DNA of 64,000 bases from Enoplolaimus lenunculus. Taxonomy: Eukaryota. Location: contig JASANG010000266.1 of assembly GCA_030248215.1 (NCBI GenBank), positions 372,001 through 436,000 on the forward strand. The letters run 5' to 3'. Numbering within the stretch: position 1 is the first letter of the stretch; each line of letters begins with the position of its first letter. The position numbers and the translations under genes were made by a program. Under the pieces are notes generated by a model, which did not search any database, had not been told where the DNA came from, and saw only the letters and a program-made list of their open reading frames with translations. Below, one piece after another: positions 1 through 13,978 of this stretch.

Positions 1-3000
1 CATTTATTGTTCATAGTATACCGTATTTTCAGTGGCAGATCCATGGGGGCCCACCCCGGCTATGGACCTCACCAACAAAATCTCAACAAATTTTTTGGGG
101 AACAGGTTAACAGATGTGTACGCAGACAAATTGTGAGATGCGCTATACACAGACCATGAAATAACCACCAAGTTCCTAAAACGTTTACAAATTTTCTCAC
201 CTGCTACGCTCGACGGCCCATAATTTTACTTTTTTGAATAATATAACTCACCCGAAATGAAATACTCAAAAACGGTAATAAAAACTGTTTTGGAGCTAAG
301 GTGCGCAGTGTGATGTCCTCCCTGGTTAAAGCGTACAAAGATTGCGAGCTTTTATCTAAAACATGAGCTGTTCAGATACTTAAAACAGAAAATGCCATAA
401 AAAACTCGCTCTACGCGCGATGTGTGATTCATTTCGCAAGGGTCCGCCTTCTTAATTCAATATATTGTAACTTTTGTTTGAAACTGCTTCTTGGAAGAGT
501 GTATTCACACCTGTCAAACACATGCGTGAGCTCGAACAACCTCAGATTAAAAACCGAATAGGGATATGCCGTTTCATTTGTGATTAATCTCAGATGAAAG
601 GTCGTACTCTTTCATAGTCAATTTTATTGTAATAAATCGTTGTTTTCGTGTGAATTCGTGTACACGGCCTGCAATGTGGTAAACAAATAGTTCGCTATCA
701 CACTGCAAAAAATATTTGACCCAGTTTGTGTAGTCAGGAAAAGCCTATTTCGGAGAGTCAATTTGACTCACCATTTTTAAAGTGCAGTGACATTCACAGA
801 TGGATCCATAAATGTTATAAAAACGCATATATCATTAAAAAAATTTCTGAGGGGGAACATTGTATTGTAAAGGTACCATCGGAATATTTAGTAAATTCTT
901 GACGATTTTTGTGAGTAGATTAGTTTTTCGGTTTATAATGTTTCTAAAAGTTAGAGCTGTTTGATTTTGGTCTTATTTACAACATTTATTTGTTACATCT
1001 TGTTGGACACTGTCATATAGCTCGGTAAAGAGGTGGTCCTTGTGTATGAAAAGTAGTTTAGTGTTCGAATGCTTCGTTGTTTGAGTTTGAAATAAACTAC
1101 AGTTTAATAGCGCTATACTTTTGATGACGTTTGAGCCGTCCGTTACCGTACGGTACTCGCAAAGCACATTAATTTCTACATGGCATCGCATGACAATTCA
1201 TAAACAAAATATTTTAACTTGTTGTGCGGTACGGCGTCGGTAATCGCTCCCCGACAAGTTTAGCGCCATATTTATTTATTACAAAATTAAAATATTTTTA
1301 TCGCTATTACAAATTTTATGTCCTATAAGTAACTGTTAAGCAGCCAAATCGGCATTAAATATTATGTTCCAATATAATTAAGGATAGAACAGATTCTGAA
1401 GATTTGGGCTAAAATTACTTTTAGCAGTGTAACGACTAAAATATATTCCTATACGTTTCAGCGTATTAATAAGCAAAAGTCTAAAACAAAGCTTAAGCCT
1501 GAACCCAAGCAAAAAAATTAGCCCAGATTTTAGCCTACAGTTCCGGTCTACTGAGAAAGCCGGCACTAGCGGATCCAGATGGGATCGCGCGGGAGTACGC
1601 CCCTCGTCAGAAATTTTTTGTGATAAAATGGTAAAGTCTGTGCCTTATAATTGCACTTCAGAAAATTTTGTGTAAAAAATAATATGATCCTTTCTTTTCC
1701 TTCTCAGCAAGTTTTTGTGTAAATGAATGACAAGCTCCCTACCTTGCAATTTTTTCCACTCTCAGAAAAGTCTTCGCTAAAAAATTGCGTTTCAAAGCAT
1801 TCAGCAGCCCGGCCCCCGCCAGAAATTCCTATATCCGCCGCTGAAAGCGATACAACTGAAAGTATTATTACACGGGCTGACGTTTGTGTAAGGTCACGGA
1901 TATATATACATATTTCATTCGGATACATATTCGGATATTTTTCATATCCGGATATCCGGATATCCGTATATCCGGTGCCCATCTGTACTTATCATTCTAT
2001 TACAAAAAACTTCTGATTAGAAAAATTGTAAGGTGGAGGAACCTTATCATTTTTAACAAAAAAATTCTGACGATGAGGGTGTACGCCCCCCTTTCGTTTC
2101 CCTCTGGATAACTTTGTGGTGACATATTAGCCCACCCAGTCTGAGATCCTGGGCCCGCTACTGCGTTTTTTAAGCAAAAAGATTCAACTAGTTTTTGTAT
2201 TAAGCATCGCTTTACTGTGGAACGCTGCCCTTTAATAATAATGTATATACTTCAAGTGAAACCTGCTTCTTCCTAGCTTCCACTTGTAAACTTTGCCCTG
2301 TGAAGCCACTTTTCACATATAGAGCATGTTGCGAGTAAACGTTAGCGCAATCCTGTCTAAAAAGATTTTTTATATGAAATAGAACATATTCATGTGAATA
2401 GGGAAAAATTGTCAATTTTTATTTTTTACTCAACTGGAAGCAGTGCATTGCGCTTCTGAATATAGAAACCTGTTGTGAATCAAGACCAAAACGCCTAAAG
2501 CTACAGCGGCCGGGCTTGCAGATATAACGCTAAATTGACCTCTGCATTGGCCTATAAAGCTAAGCTCATTCTATTGCAGAAATACGTGAAAAACGGCACG
2601 CCATAAAATTATAAACCGTATTCCTTTTACGTCTGTTTTAACTTGTTTTTAGATAAGTAAATTTTCGCGGACAAATGATGGTAGGAGCTTGTCGGGCCAT
2701 CGAGTACCAACTTACAGTGAACGAATTTTCTTCGAACCAATATTTTAGGGACGAATTAATACCGAGGACAAATTTTCGTAAGCCTATTAATCAGTGCTAA
2801 GAATCACGAAAATAATAGGAATGTGGACTTGTAAAACTTGAGTATATGTGTTGGCTGTAAATGTTCCACGTTGAAAAATGGGAAGCCCATGTGCTGTATA
2901 TATGGGTCAAACATTTGAAGATCAAATTTCGATAGCTCTTTTTCTGAAAGGTATATAATATAAGAAATGGAGTCAAAGAACTAACCCGTATGACTAGCTG

Positions 3001-6000
3001 ATGCTGGTATAGTGGGCGGCTTTTAGGTAAAGTATTTTAAAACTGCCGCTAGCGCATAAATGACACCAGGCCCAAATAAAGTTGAGTTCGAAACTTTAAA
3101 GCATACATATGTTTGAAGGTAATTCCTAAGTTTAACCTTGCATTATCGCTCAAACCTTTGATTCAAGACCAATAAACGTTTAATTTAACGGATAGTTACA
3201 ACACCGCATATTTGTTAGTAGTGAACGACGGGAGGGCTGGTTAAAACTAAATAATAGTCCGCAACCAAATAACAGAGGGGCACCCTCTGATGAGTCCAAA
3301 TAAATATCGGTCCCCCCTCTTATTCGGGTCACTACAGTATTTATTTATGTCGGGCTTGTGTTCAGTGCTGTTTCGCAAAATGCCAGTACACAAAAATTTT
3401 TGAAATAAATTATATTACTGTTCCGAATATCAGTGGAGTTATGTTTATTGCGATGTAGACTTGAGATATTCTGATGCAATTTATTATTGGTTGTTGAAAA
3501 TAGCTAAACTTTGTACAGCTTCAATATATTCGTTTTCATACCTAATGATTAGTCACGAAATTATGTGTTTAAAACTCACGTTTAGCCGAAAGATTTGTAA
3601 ATAGCGGGTTCGGAAAAATCAAAGAATCTGTTTGAATTCCAGTGTTAGGTGCAAATGTTCGGTAATTCGGGATAAATTGCGATATAAAATTAACTTTTTA
3701 AAAGGTTAGGCAAAGAGTAACAGTTATAAATTAGCAGAAATTTTTGTTGGTTCGACAATCAGTATTAAAGCTAACCGTTTTATGACTCGAGACGCAGTTG
3801 TTTTACCGGCAAGTGTGAAGCGATGTCCGTCGGCGTTTATGTCTTTGAAACGAGTTATTTCGTGTGTTTGCTTGTGTTTTTGTGGCTCATTTTTTGAGAT
3901 CTCACTAGAGACGCTGGCCATTCGTTCTATTGTTCGTCTTTTTCACGTACCTGGATATCTGGAGGTGCTATTTTGCTGGATTTTGCTCTAATAAATTGTT
4001 CGATTTAAAGTGAAATAAACGTTTTTGCTGTGTTGTACTTGTAACTGATTAGTTTTTATAACGTATGTTTTATTCAGATTCTATAATTCAGCCTGTAAAT
4101 TAGGCGTCTAACATCATGCTTTTGCGCGGCTAACTACAGGGGTGTGCCGTCAGTCGGACGGGGTTGCGCACCCCGCAATTGGAATCAGTGAGTGCGTTAT
4201 AATTTGCATTAAACACTAAAATTACATCTGGCGTCTCTCCCTCGCAAGGTTTTCCACTGTTCAGTTTTCGACAATTTGTTCCTGTGGCGCTATTCAAAGA
4301 ACACATACATCAAAGACAAATTCTCCAACCATGACAAGCTCAGAACTAAACATTGTAGTAAAAATTGTTCAACGCTTCACAATTATTCAAGCACTTGACC
4401 TGTGTGGTTGGTTTGGTGGTCTGGTCCTGCAGTTCAAGAATAAAGTAACGCTTTGAGACTGCTGCAGAATGATTTATCATTGAAATGATGTAAGTATATA
4501 GTTTTTCGTTCGCTTCGCTCACGAATCTTTAAAGCTCAGCCTCAATCCTGGCTACGAGCCTTTAGCTCTGACTGAGTTATTCCAGTTACCAGTTAGGGAG
4601 ACTAGGTGTTCAGGACGCCACATAAAAAATATCAATGTTAGATCTTAGTATCACAAATTAATTTTTATATTCTTGGATGACGGGGTGTTATTCCTTAGAG
4701 CATTTTTTCATTCTTTGTGCTGTTTGCAATGTTTTTTTAAACTATTACGTGCAGCAAGGCATAAAGGTAGGAATGTTCTTTTTCACATTTATTATATTCA
4801 GCAATCCACTTGAATTTTTTATACTTTAACAGAACATGAAGCAATCAAATAGAATTGCATTTTTTAAAACATAATTTTAAATTATGGAATATTACAAATC
4901 AATATATGACAAGCCAAACAGCTACAAACCTGTGATGGTTTGAAAGGATCTAAAAATTCATTCTCATGCATATGCCAGTTATTTAGCCTTTACCGAAATC
5001 GACACCGTTTAGTCTGAGGGCACATATATGCACACAACACGTTGCTTTGTGTTAGACACTTTACCGCCTTTGTAAATTTTCCAAACATTTTCGAGTTTCG
5101 CACTGCGTATATATCACAGCAAAAGTCCCTATTGCTCAAAACCAATTTGTCGAACGAATACAAATAAAGAGATCAATCTTTTATGCGCAGCCTCGTTGCT
5201 GTGTGCTACAAACTGCAATTAATACATCAGTTTTTGCTGCAGTTGCAGTTGTCCATTTTTGCTCGTATATACGCCCGTTTCGTGCAATTGGAATGCTGTA
5301 AATATTTTTTAGCATTAAAATATGCCTGGCTTGAAAATCAGGCATAAAGCAACTTAATTATTTTTGTAGGCTTTTTTGAATCACATTTTGTTATCAATAA
5401 ATATTTTCTACATTGTTCTGTTTGTTTTTAAAATCAATTTTGCCACGTGAAATGCGTTCGCAACGGGTATGCACTGGCCAAGTGCATCACTGGTTCCGCT
5501 GCTGTTTAGCAAAAATAACCTTTCTCTTGATTCGCTCAGGATGTCAGTTGTTTTGCGAAACTTCCATCCTTATTTAGAATCGAACGAGACTTTGCACTGT
5601 TTTTAACTAAACAACGAGCGGAAACACGACATGGTGCAAACAGTAAAATTTTTTAAACATTTACATGCTAATTGTAGGTTGCTGGAAAATAGCACAAACA
5701 GCAGAAACGTTAATTTTTTTATCTATTAACCTCTCAGCTTTTAGTCGTCATGTCGAAAACAACGATCAACAGATTGTAAGAAGATTTGCGGTTATGTATT
5801 ATACCACGATTATCCAACTTCAAATTTGAACTTTGTACTCACTAAAAATATACTTAAAATTAAGTAAAAACTGTTGCCAAATTAAGTCTCATTTCACTTA
5901 CTATGATGCTTGGCAAAGTTTCACTTAATTTTAAGCAAATACAAAATTGTTAGCTTTATATTTACTTAATCATGAAATGACAGCAAAGTCGTTGACTTTG

Positions 6001-6892
6001 TATTGTATAAAAGATATGTACCACCGAATTTCCAGTACATATCATAAAACTAAGAACTGTCGCAGGTGTTTCGATTAAGCCGTTGCTTTTTGGATGTCAA
6101 ATGTCTTTTCGTTCGCTAAGACTCCTTCACACATATTATTACTTGACGAAGGACCTATTTAAACACAGTTTATAGGCATGCCAAATAATATTTATTGTTA
6201 AAAACAGTAAGCTCTTACCCGAACAGCCTCCAGTCTGCTCGTTTTGCAGCGGGAACAGATCTGTAGCTAACATTTCCTTGCTACGGGATTAAAATTTTTT
6301 GAAGATGGCCACATAAAGATTTCATATGATTTAAAAGCGATGCTGAAATACTTTTTTGTGGCTCAATCGACGATATTTAACTATATCGTCCATCCACCAA
6401 TTTGTCGAAGCAAAATTTGAACAAATCACACCAATGAAATCGCAGTTTTACGACAACAAAGAATTTTGGCAAATCAAATAATGATGACACACGAGACGAA
6501 TAACGCGCATCGAGAGTGAAAATAACAACTGACGGAGACGAAGAGTCAAAATTTTGAAACCAACTATGTAGTTTATCATTTGCCGCATTAAATATAACAA
6601 AACGAGACTGAAAATTGATGATGTTTTAATCAATGTGCGATCTTGAAATGTATCAACTACAGCGACAAATTGGTTTAGAGACCCGCATTGACACCCAATT
6701 GCGCTGCATTTTTACGAGTGCTCGATGGTCACTCAGCAACCGCCATATTTGATTGGTCAGCTCTCATTCGGCCAGCACAGCTCGGTCGACCAATAGTAAT
6801 TATAGCTAAAATTCTGTGGCGTTTAGGGTGTGGGAATTTAAAATAAGCGACGAACGCGTCTAAACCTTTGCTATTAGTGGCTCAAAATTTTC

Positions 6893-7085
6893 GGCCCATG
6901 TATAGAACAGAGCCGCCGGAACAGTAGTATAAGCATATTCCTAAGCTTAAGCCTGAGCCTAAGCGTATGGATGAGCGTATTTCTAAGCCGAAGAAATGTC
7001 CTAAGCAAAAAATTAGTCTAAAGCTTAAACTGACTCTATTAGAGCCCATCCAGAAAACGATCCGGCCCCGTTCTATAAATGGGCC
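6893..7085. mobile_element. (TTAGGC)n-MITE family copy
   Basis: GGCCCATGTATAGAAC ... GTTCTATAAATGGGCC; TSD AAATTTTC/ACATTTTC. A truncated copy lies at about 7692-7850. Confidence 0.85.
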
Positions 7086-9918
7086 ACATTTTCAAAGGGA
7101 AGCTGCGCCTCCTAAACTGTTTCCAGGTTTAACCCGGTTTTAGTTTACTTTTTCAGTAGATCTCTGCTAAAGTTTTAAGCTGAATCTTCTAAACATTATT
7201 GCTGTGCAACATTGTACGACATGTTTGTTGATAAATGTTTTATACAGGATACATGTATATCAATATACAATGATAAGATTCACACGCTGTCAGTGTAAGT
7301 TTCGTTTTCTGTCTTGTTTCGCCTGAATTTCAGATATTTTTACCGCTTTGTAATCGAGGGCACGTCCTTGTTTGAACCCCTTTTATCAAGAAAGTTAAAC
7401 TATTGACCGCTCAATCATGGACTTCATCCAAAAGTGTTTACATTTCACGTTAAATTTCGTCACCAACCATGTTTTCATATTCGTTTGAAATCGTTCAAAT
7501 GTGACAAAATTCAGCCAAGATATACAGTACAAAATTTTCGCACAATACAAGCTAAAATTGTTAGGCTTATATGAAGCCATATCGTCGGCAAATGAGGTCA
7601 CGTTCCACATTTACATTTCAGTCCTTTAAAAGGGTTTAATGAATATTTCGTTTCAATTGAAATTCGCTATTGCTAGCGTTATAGAAACAACGGCCCATGT
7701 ATAGAACAGGGCCGGAAGAGTAGTATAAGCATATTCCTAAGCCTAAGCCTGAGCGTATGGATGAGCCTATTCCTAAGCCTAAGCCTAAAGCCTAAAGCCT
7801 AAGCAAAAAATTAGTCTAAAGCTTAAACTGATTGTATTATAGCCTAGTAACGTCTCTGTGGTAGTTAAATTATTATTGCCAAGGTGGATAATCTTTAGTG
7901 ATTCGAGTTATAATTACCAGTTTAATGACTAAAGTGTATGCTTAATTGGCTGACGAGTGACCAGGTAAACATTTAAAAAGTCTATGGTGTTCGATAACTG
8001 CGTACTTATGTTATACTTTAATATCAAACTGCCAGTTAATTTTTAAAATATTTTCATTTGTAAAGACTTTGACTGGTACATTTTAGCGCGTTTTTTTGTT
8101 TTAAAACTGATCTTAATCAGTAGTATGGTATACACGATGTTTTATTATCTTGTACGTAGGCGTGGTTAACATTTTCAAGCTCCACACAAGATATTTTGCG
8201 CTCGCAAAACTAATTACTACCCCGTGACGAGTATTTAGTATAAATTTCGCTGTGAAAGACGATGAGTCTTGAAAACTGTAAAATTTGTGTGTATCAACAT
8301 TAATAAAGAAGTATTTGTTTATGCGTGTAAATGGCATTTCAATCAAACCACACAATTGTATTTTACTGTTAATACTCTGCAGCGGCGGATCCAAAAAATT
8401 TTGACGATGGCTGCGTATGGATCTATCTTTAAAAATACGGAATTTTCATTCAAAATTTCAGTTTTTATTATTAATATGGAAGTTTACGGTGCAGACGACC
8501 CCTATCAGAATTTACCCGTAGTCCGGCAAGCTTGTCTGCGAGTTTCAACATAATTATATAAAACGCTCAGAGTTATTTTGGCATGGAATAAAATTGAAAT
8601 TGATACTGTAAACTAAATTTGCCGTCAGGCATAATACTGCAACTATATTGATTTTAAAACAATGATTATAATTTACATACCGCGCGTCTAAACGTAAACA
8701 TAAGATAAGTATTTGCTGTTTAAGTATAATTTGAACTTGAATTCTAATAATTAATGACGCACATTGTCTCTCCCTTTTCTTGGAACAGTTTCACAACTCC
8801 GTACCCATAAGGAATAAAAACCGGACGTTGCCGGATTATATGGACTAACGAAGTTGCGGCGAGACAAACTGATTTGGCTAAAAACAATACAGAGTTTATT
8901 TTGCACAATACATTGCAATAGTTAAGTGAGTCACAGATACATAACATCTACCGGTAGAATAATATACATGGAACAAAAACAAATATTAACATTCAACTAT
9001 TATGTCCATGAGCAGACTGAACGGCCGTTGAACTTTTTGTCTCACATTACTGTTATGAAGCTTGTTATGCAGCATATCTGCGACAGGGGTCACTCACAGG
9101 CTTATGCTGTTTTCCAGTTTATTCCAAGCAGGTGTATTGAACACGGAGGATTGTAAAATATTTCTGGATGCTTTTGTTATTCAAAACATTTTCAGAATTA
9201 AAATTTAAAGTAAAAGCAGTATATATGTAGTTGATTCCAACCGAACTTTTTGTGCGCAAACTAATATTTCAATCGTTTAAACATCAAGAAAACTACGAAA
9301 TATTGAATTTTAAAAATAGTCTTTGCTTAAGTGGAGGAAGACCTAAATGCCGTTCTGTACTAAACACGAGATTAAAGTAAAATTTATACTTACATGAATA
9401 TATTAATAATAATAATAATAATGAAGCGTAAACAAAAACAAAGCCAACGGCATCAAGAGATCAAGATCGAAAGCTGTATATATAACAAACAAATCTTAGA
9501 CATAATTTTAATTTTTAAAGTAGGTACTACTATGATATCGACAAACAGGGATCTAAAACTAAATTTACAAAAATTATTCTTAGAAATAAGAAAAGTTCAT
9601 CAACAGAACTTTTGGTTCCACCACACTGACTGCACTGGACAGGGTCAAAACATACATTTTTCTAAAACATAAACATTTTTTCGAAAAAGTCGATTTTCAG
9701 AATTAATTTTCTATGCGTAACATTTAAAGATCACACGTTTGCAGTCGTGTCATTTAGAGATCAGTAAAATACCAAGTAGCAATAGAACCCTCGTTAAGGT
9801 CGGCGGGCTTTTAGGTAATTAATTGAGTAGAATGTAAATTTCGTTATTACACATTAATTTAGCAATAAATTACATTTCCGTTCCATCGGTATACGCCTTA
9901 CACAAAACCAATGCGGTA

Positions 9919-10362
9919 CTGTAGTGACCCGAATAAGTAAGGGGACTGATATTTATTTGGCCACTCCAGAGGGAACCCCCTGTTCTTCGGTTACGTACTG
10001 TTATTTATTTTTAACCCACGCTCCGCCACCCTTCGTTACTGATATATATCCGGTACTGCAACTATCTGTTGAATTAAACGTTTATTTGTCTTGTGTCAAT
10101 AGCTTCAGCGATAACGCAAGGTTATATTTATGAATGTACTGTCAAAATTTAAGTACGCTTTAATGTTTCAAATTCAACTTATTTGGTCCTGGAGCCATCT
10201 ATGCGCTACAATTACGGATAATTGGCATTTATTGACTCTAATTAGGGTTTAGGTACTCTATCGGCTTACGGACTCTTTTTAAGGATACGGACTTCTATTG
10301 ATTGGGACTCAAAATGGGACCCCTTCTTATTACCCCACACCTTTTTATCCGAGTCACTACAG
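9919..10362. mobile_element. Tc1/mariner-like MITE copy
   Basis: TA-CTGTAGTGACCCGAATAAG ... TTATCCGAGTCACTACAG-TA; colinear with 22046-22470. Confidence 0.85.
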
Positions 10363-11307
10363 TAGCATGGTTATTTTCAAATCAAAAGCATTTTATATTG
10401 AACAGAGCGAGATCAGATATGTAAAACACGATTGTATAGTCACCATAATCCAAGGATCGTCATAAATAAAGGATAAATCTTATCCAACTCGTTAATAAAA
10501 CTGTCGTCAAAACGCGTTAAATAAATTTTTTCAAGCATGGTTGCGGCAAAGATATTGGATTAGGGAGTGCAAATCAATGGATTAGATAACCTTTATTTAA
10601 ACCGACTTAGTTAATACTTCTTGTTAAAATCTGTAGAAACTGTTAGGGCTGCGCTATACTTTCCTGTGCCTGACACTGCCGCGCGCCGCTGAAAAATCTA
10701 ATATTGCTCAACCTTACTCTATCTATATAGCTACCAGTATAAAAAGGCTTAAGAAATCCAATGGGGCATACCGCCACCGTGCCTGTATATATACTTCGGT
10801 ACCCTTGTTGTTTTGAGGGTACCACTTACGTACTACTTAAAAGTTACCATTAAGGTTTCAAACCACCTTATATTGTTGGAACAAAACTTCATATATAATG
10901 CAATGCTCTAAAACTGTAAATCATCTCTCGGATGGTCTCTACGTAGCCCATAAATGTCGCCAAACCAGATTTTAAACAAAATTTCAAAAATAGCTAGATC
11001 AGACCAGCACGACCCTGTAGCCAAATCGGGCGATGAAGGCTCAGCTTTCTCTAGAAAACTTTTGCCTATTTAGAAAATTTTTAACCTTGCTTGGAAGCCA
11101 TCTAAAACCTTTGTATAGCCCTCCTGCAAATTTTTTAGCCCTATAGCAAGGGGAGCTGGCTACGGGCCAGAACCTGCATTTTCGCACGTTGAAGCTAATC
11201 GACCGTGCCATCTTTACTATACCATGCTAAAAGTGCCACAAAAAATCACCATAGTATTTAAGCAAACCACAAGGATTACGTGGTAATTTGTCGAATAAAC
11301 AACACAG

Positions 11308-11474
11308 CGGGCCCGTAGCCAAGAGGGGCCAGGAGGAGGCTGAGCCCCCTGTAAACATTTCGGTCTCCCTAGAAAATTTTCAACATTGCTTGCAAGTCAT
11401 TAAGAACACTTGAATGCCCCTCCTGAAAAATTTTTAGCCCCCCCTAGCAAGGTGGTGAGCTGGCTACGGGCCTG
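11308..11474. mobile_element. hAT-like MITE (C(G/A)GGCCCGTAGCCA TIR)
   Basis: Perfect 8-bp TSD CAACACAG. Related copies at about 11010-11170 and 24957-25080. Confidence 0.88.
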
Positions 11475-11622
11475 CAACACAGAAATGACACAAAAATTTG
11501 GCAAGTATAAAGAAAGAGTCACAATTATTTTTGACAAACACCAATAGAACTGGAAGATGTGCAGCTACCATTGAATGATCACAGAGGTAAAAGTATTATC
11601 GTTGATTTCAAGACATTCTCGG

Positions 11623-11826
11623 CAGGAGCGGATCGCGGTCCGTATGGAAGCAAGCGAGAATGTGCCCTCACGGTGTCTTCCTTCAAGGAACTCGTGACGC
11701 GTATTTTGAAACTGAGGATTTTGTAGAGAATAATATATTTTGATCTACAGTTTTGATATCAACCCCTTTTTACTCTCGCAACACAGATCGGCCTCAGGGC
11801 CAGGTTTAAATCCTGATCCGCCCCGG
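11623..11826. mobile_element. hAT-like MITE 40 bp downstream of the engrailed stop codon
   Basis: CAGGAGCGGATC ... GATCCGCCCCGG; TSD ATTCTCGG/TTTCTCGG. Confidence 0.75.
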
Positions 11827-11865
11827 TTTCTCGGATATCTTCAACCAATATGCGGATGAATGCAT

Positions 11866-12036
11866 TTATTCAGAGTTCATTTCGGATCCAACACAAACAG
11901 TACCATTTCCAATAGACGATGCTGTATCGATACCAGAATTGCTGTTTGCCGCATGATTATACAACCCTTGTGCGATTAACGATAGCGCGAGCGGGTTACG
12001 CACTCCTGAAGTCTTTTTGATTTTTGCACGTTTGTT
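11866..12036 (-). CDS. en: Engrailed coding exon 3 (end of homeodomain, EH5, stop)
   Basis: Acceptor ATTTCAG|AAC. Translates [35 protein letters not shown]...SEMNSE*, with TAA at 11868-11866. The three exons total 1848 nt in one continuous frame. Confidence 0.96.
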   Translation of the reverse strand, partial: NKRAKIKKTSGVRNPLALSLIAQGLYNHAANSNSGIDTASSIGNGTVCVGSEMNSE

Positions 12037-12174
12037 CTGAAATTAAATATGACAAAATGGTACCAATTTTTACTGAATCGTAACAGGAAAACTGGTTTTC
12101 GATTGCGAAAAACTAATTTGACCAATGACGTGCGATATTATTAAGGGATGCGTTTTACAACACGTTCTAAGCGC

Positions 12175-12218
12175 AATTAATTAATTAATTAATTAATTAA
12201 TTAATTAATTAATTAATT
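12175..12218. repeat. (AATT)11 palindromic microsatellite in engrailed intron 2
   Basis: 44-bp perfect run counted directly. Confidence 0.95.
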
Positions 12219-12733
12219 TGTTTTTGCGTTTGAATGCTAAATGGCGCATTAACATATGCAAAATATAAACGTTTGCGTTTCAAATTTAAAACATCCCTGT
12301 ATTTTTGCAGACAAAAGTAATATATGCGAAACGTTTCATCTACGCTGCTTCAAGATAGTAATATCGTAAGAATTTAGTTTTCTTTAACAGACCGCTGCTA
12401 AATGCAGTGCGCAATGTTCTCTCTACTAATTTTTAAACTTTTGTCCTAAACTTCAAAATCACAATGCAAAAATCTATATTATTAAAGCTAGAACACCCAG
12501 TGTATACCTATACGGAAATTTGGGCGTCGTTAGAGCAAATTTTCTGTGCTTAAAATTTTCATGTACTTCAGGCAAACAGTGGACCACAAACGAATTAGCT
12601 GCGATGGAAAACACAGTGATTGCTACATACTGTTTTATGATGTTAATGCTTTAAGTATATTACGACTCCTTCCTTTGATTAATAGAATTTTATTATCGCA
12701 AATCGCATTTAGACAAAGCCGTAGTTTACGTAC

Positions 12734-13017
12734 CTGAAACCAAATTTTAATTTGTGACTCTTTCAATCCCAAATCACGTGCAAGATCTTGCCGTCGTTTT
12801 TCGGTCAAATAGCGATTTTCAGCAAATTCGTCTTTGAGTCGCTGGAGTTGCTCAGGAGAAAACGCGGTTCGTGGTCGCTTTTCTTCGTTTGACGTTTCTG
12901 TTGCTGCTCTTGGACTATCCGGTGTTGGCTTGTCGTTGTCGACCTCGCAAAGCGATGTTGCTCCAGTTGCGGCTGCTGGCGATGATTTTTTTGACTTTGA
13001 ACGTCTACTTCTTGGAC
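12734..13017 (-). CDS. en: Engrailed coding exon 2 (EH3, linker, homeodomain up to WFQ)
   Basis: Acceptor ATTTCAG|GT. Hand translation: [11 protein letters not shown]...[51 protein letters not shown]. Donor CAG|GTACG at 12734/12733. Not in the ORF track because it has no ATG. Confidence 0.96.
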
Positions 13018-13978
13018 CTGAAATAAGAATGGTTTAAAATACCGTAACCGTCCAAAATATTTATAAGGCTAAATACATAATGCGATATGTATCCGAAGGC
13101 ACTCTGATAAACACAGAGAAGCAGTCTAAAGACGCATACATCGATCACTGTAACAACTGGATTAGTACGCAAATTATAGATAGCTGAATCATATTTAGTA
13201 ACTTTGGGGTCAGGCAAAGAGCATAACGGCGACAAAAACACGAATCGTTCCTGTAGTGCAAAAAATTATCTGACATGACTGTTTTACTAAAGGATTGAAA
13301 GAATTCATGTTGAAATAATTGTTAAATAAAACCTGGTCGTCGGCTTAATTGAAAACGCAACCGCGAATAATTCTCTAAACGATAACTGAACTATCAAAGT
13401 TTGTCAGTAGAAATTACAGCCTTGTAATTTTGAAATCTTTTTATAAAAATTAGGACGATTTTAGTTAACATACATTCGCTATAGGAAGAGGTTTATGAAA
13501 ACTTTTCTAAATATGATTCGGCTTAATAATATATTCAGCTTTAAGAGAGAAATTTGAATGTTTGCAAAAATTTGGTATAGGTATATATAAACAGTTGCCA
13601 TGATATATCCGGTGCTTACGTCCCTACGTACTCGCGCCCTCTTGTATCAGCTGGGGTCCATTGAGAGGTTTTTGTTCTGACTGAATCAGTATCAGCCACA
13701 AAAATAGTTTTTTTCAGCCTCGATAGCTTACGGTAGAAACTTTACATCATTTAGTTTTTGCTAATTTGCGTGTGAATTACAAGATATTCAAACTGCTACG
13801 CGTAAATTGATTTTAACTCGTAAAAAAAGTACACTAGATAGTATACAACTACAAACTGTTAAAGAAATTTCGCGAGTGTTTTATCAAACATTACGTACCT
13901 AATCAGCACGTTTATCACTTCGCCGGAAGCACAAAATTGACCAAAAATACAATTTTTTTACGATAAAAATTGTTCGAT

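Noticed and set aside
973..5700. Short ORFs and possible exons at the left end (e.g. 2212-2415, 3724-3921)
   Set aside because: No recognisable domains and no phase-consistent exon chain could be built.
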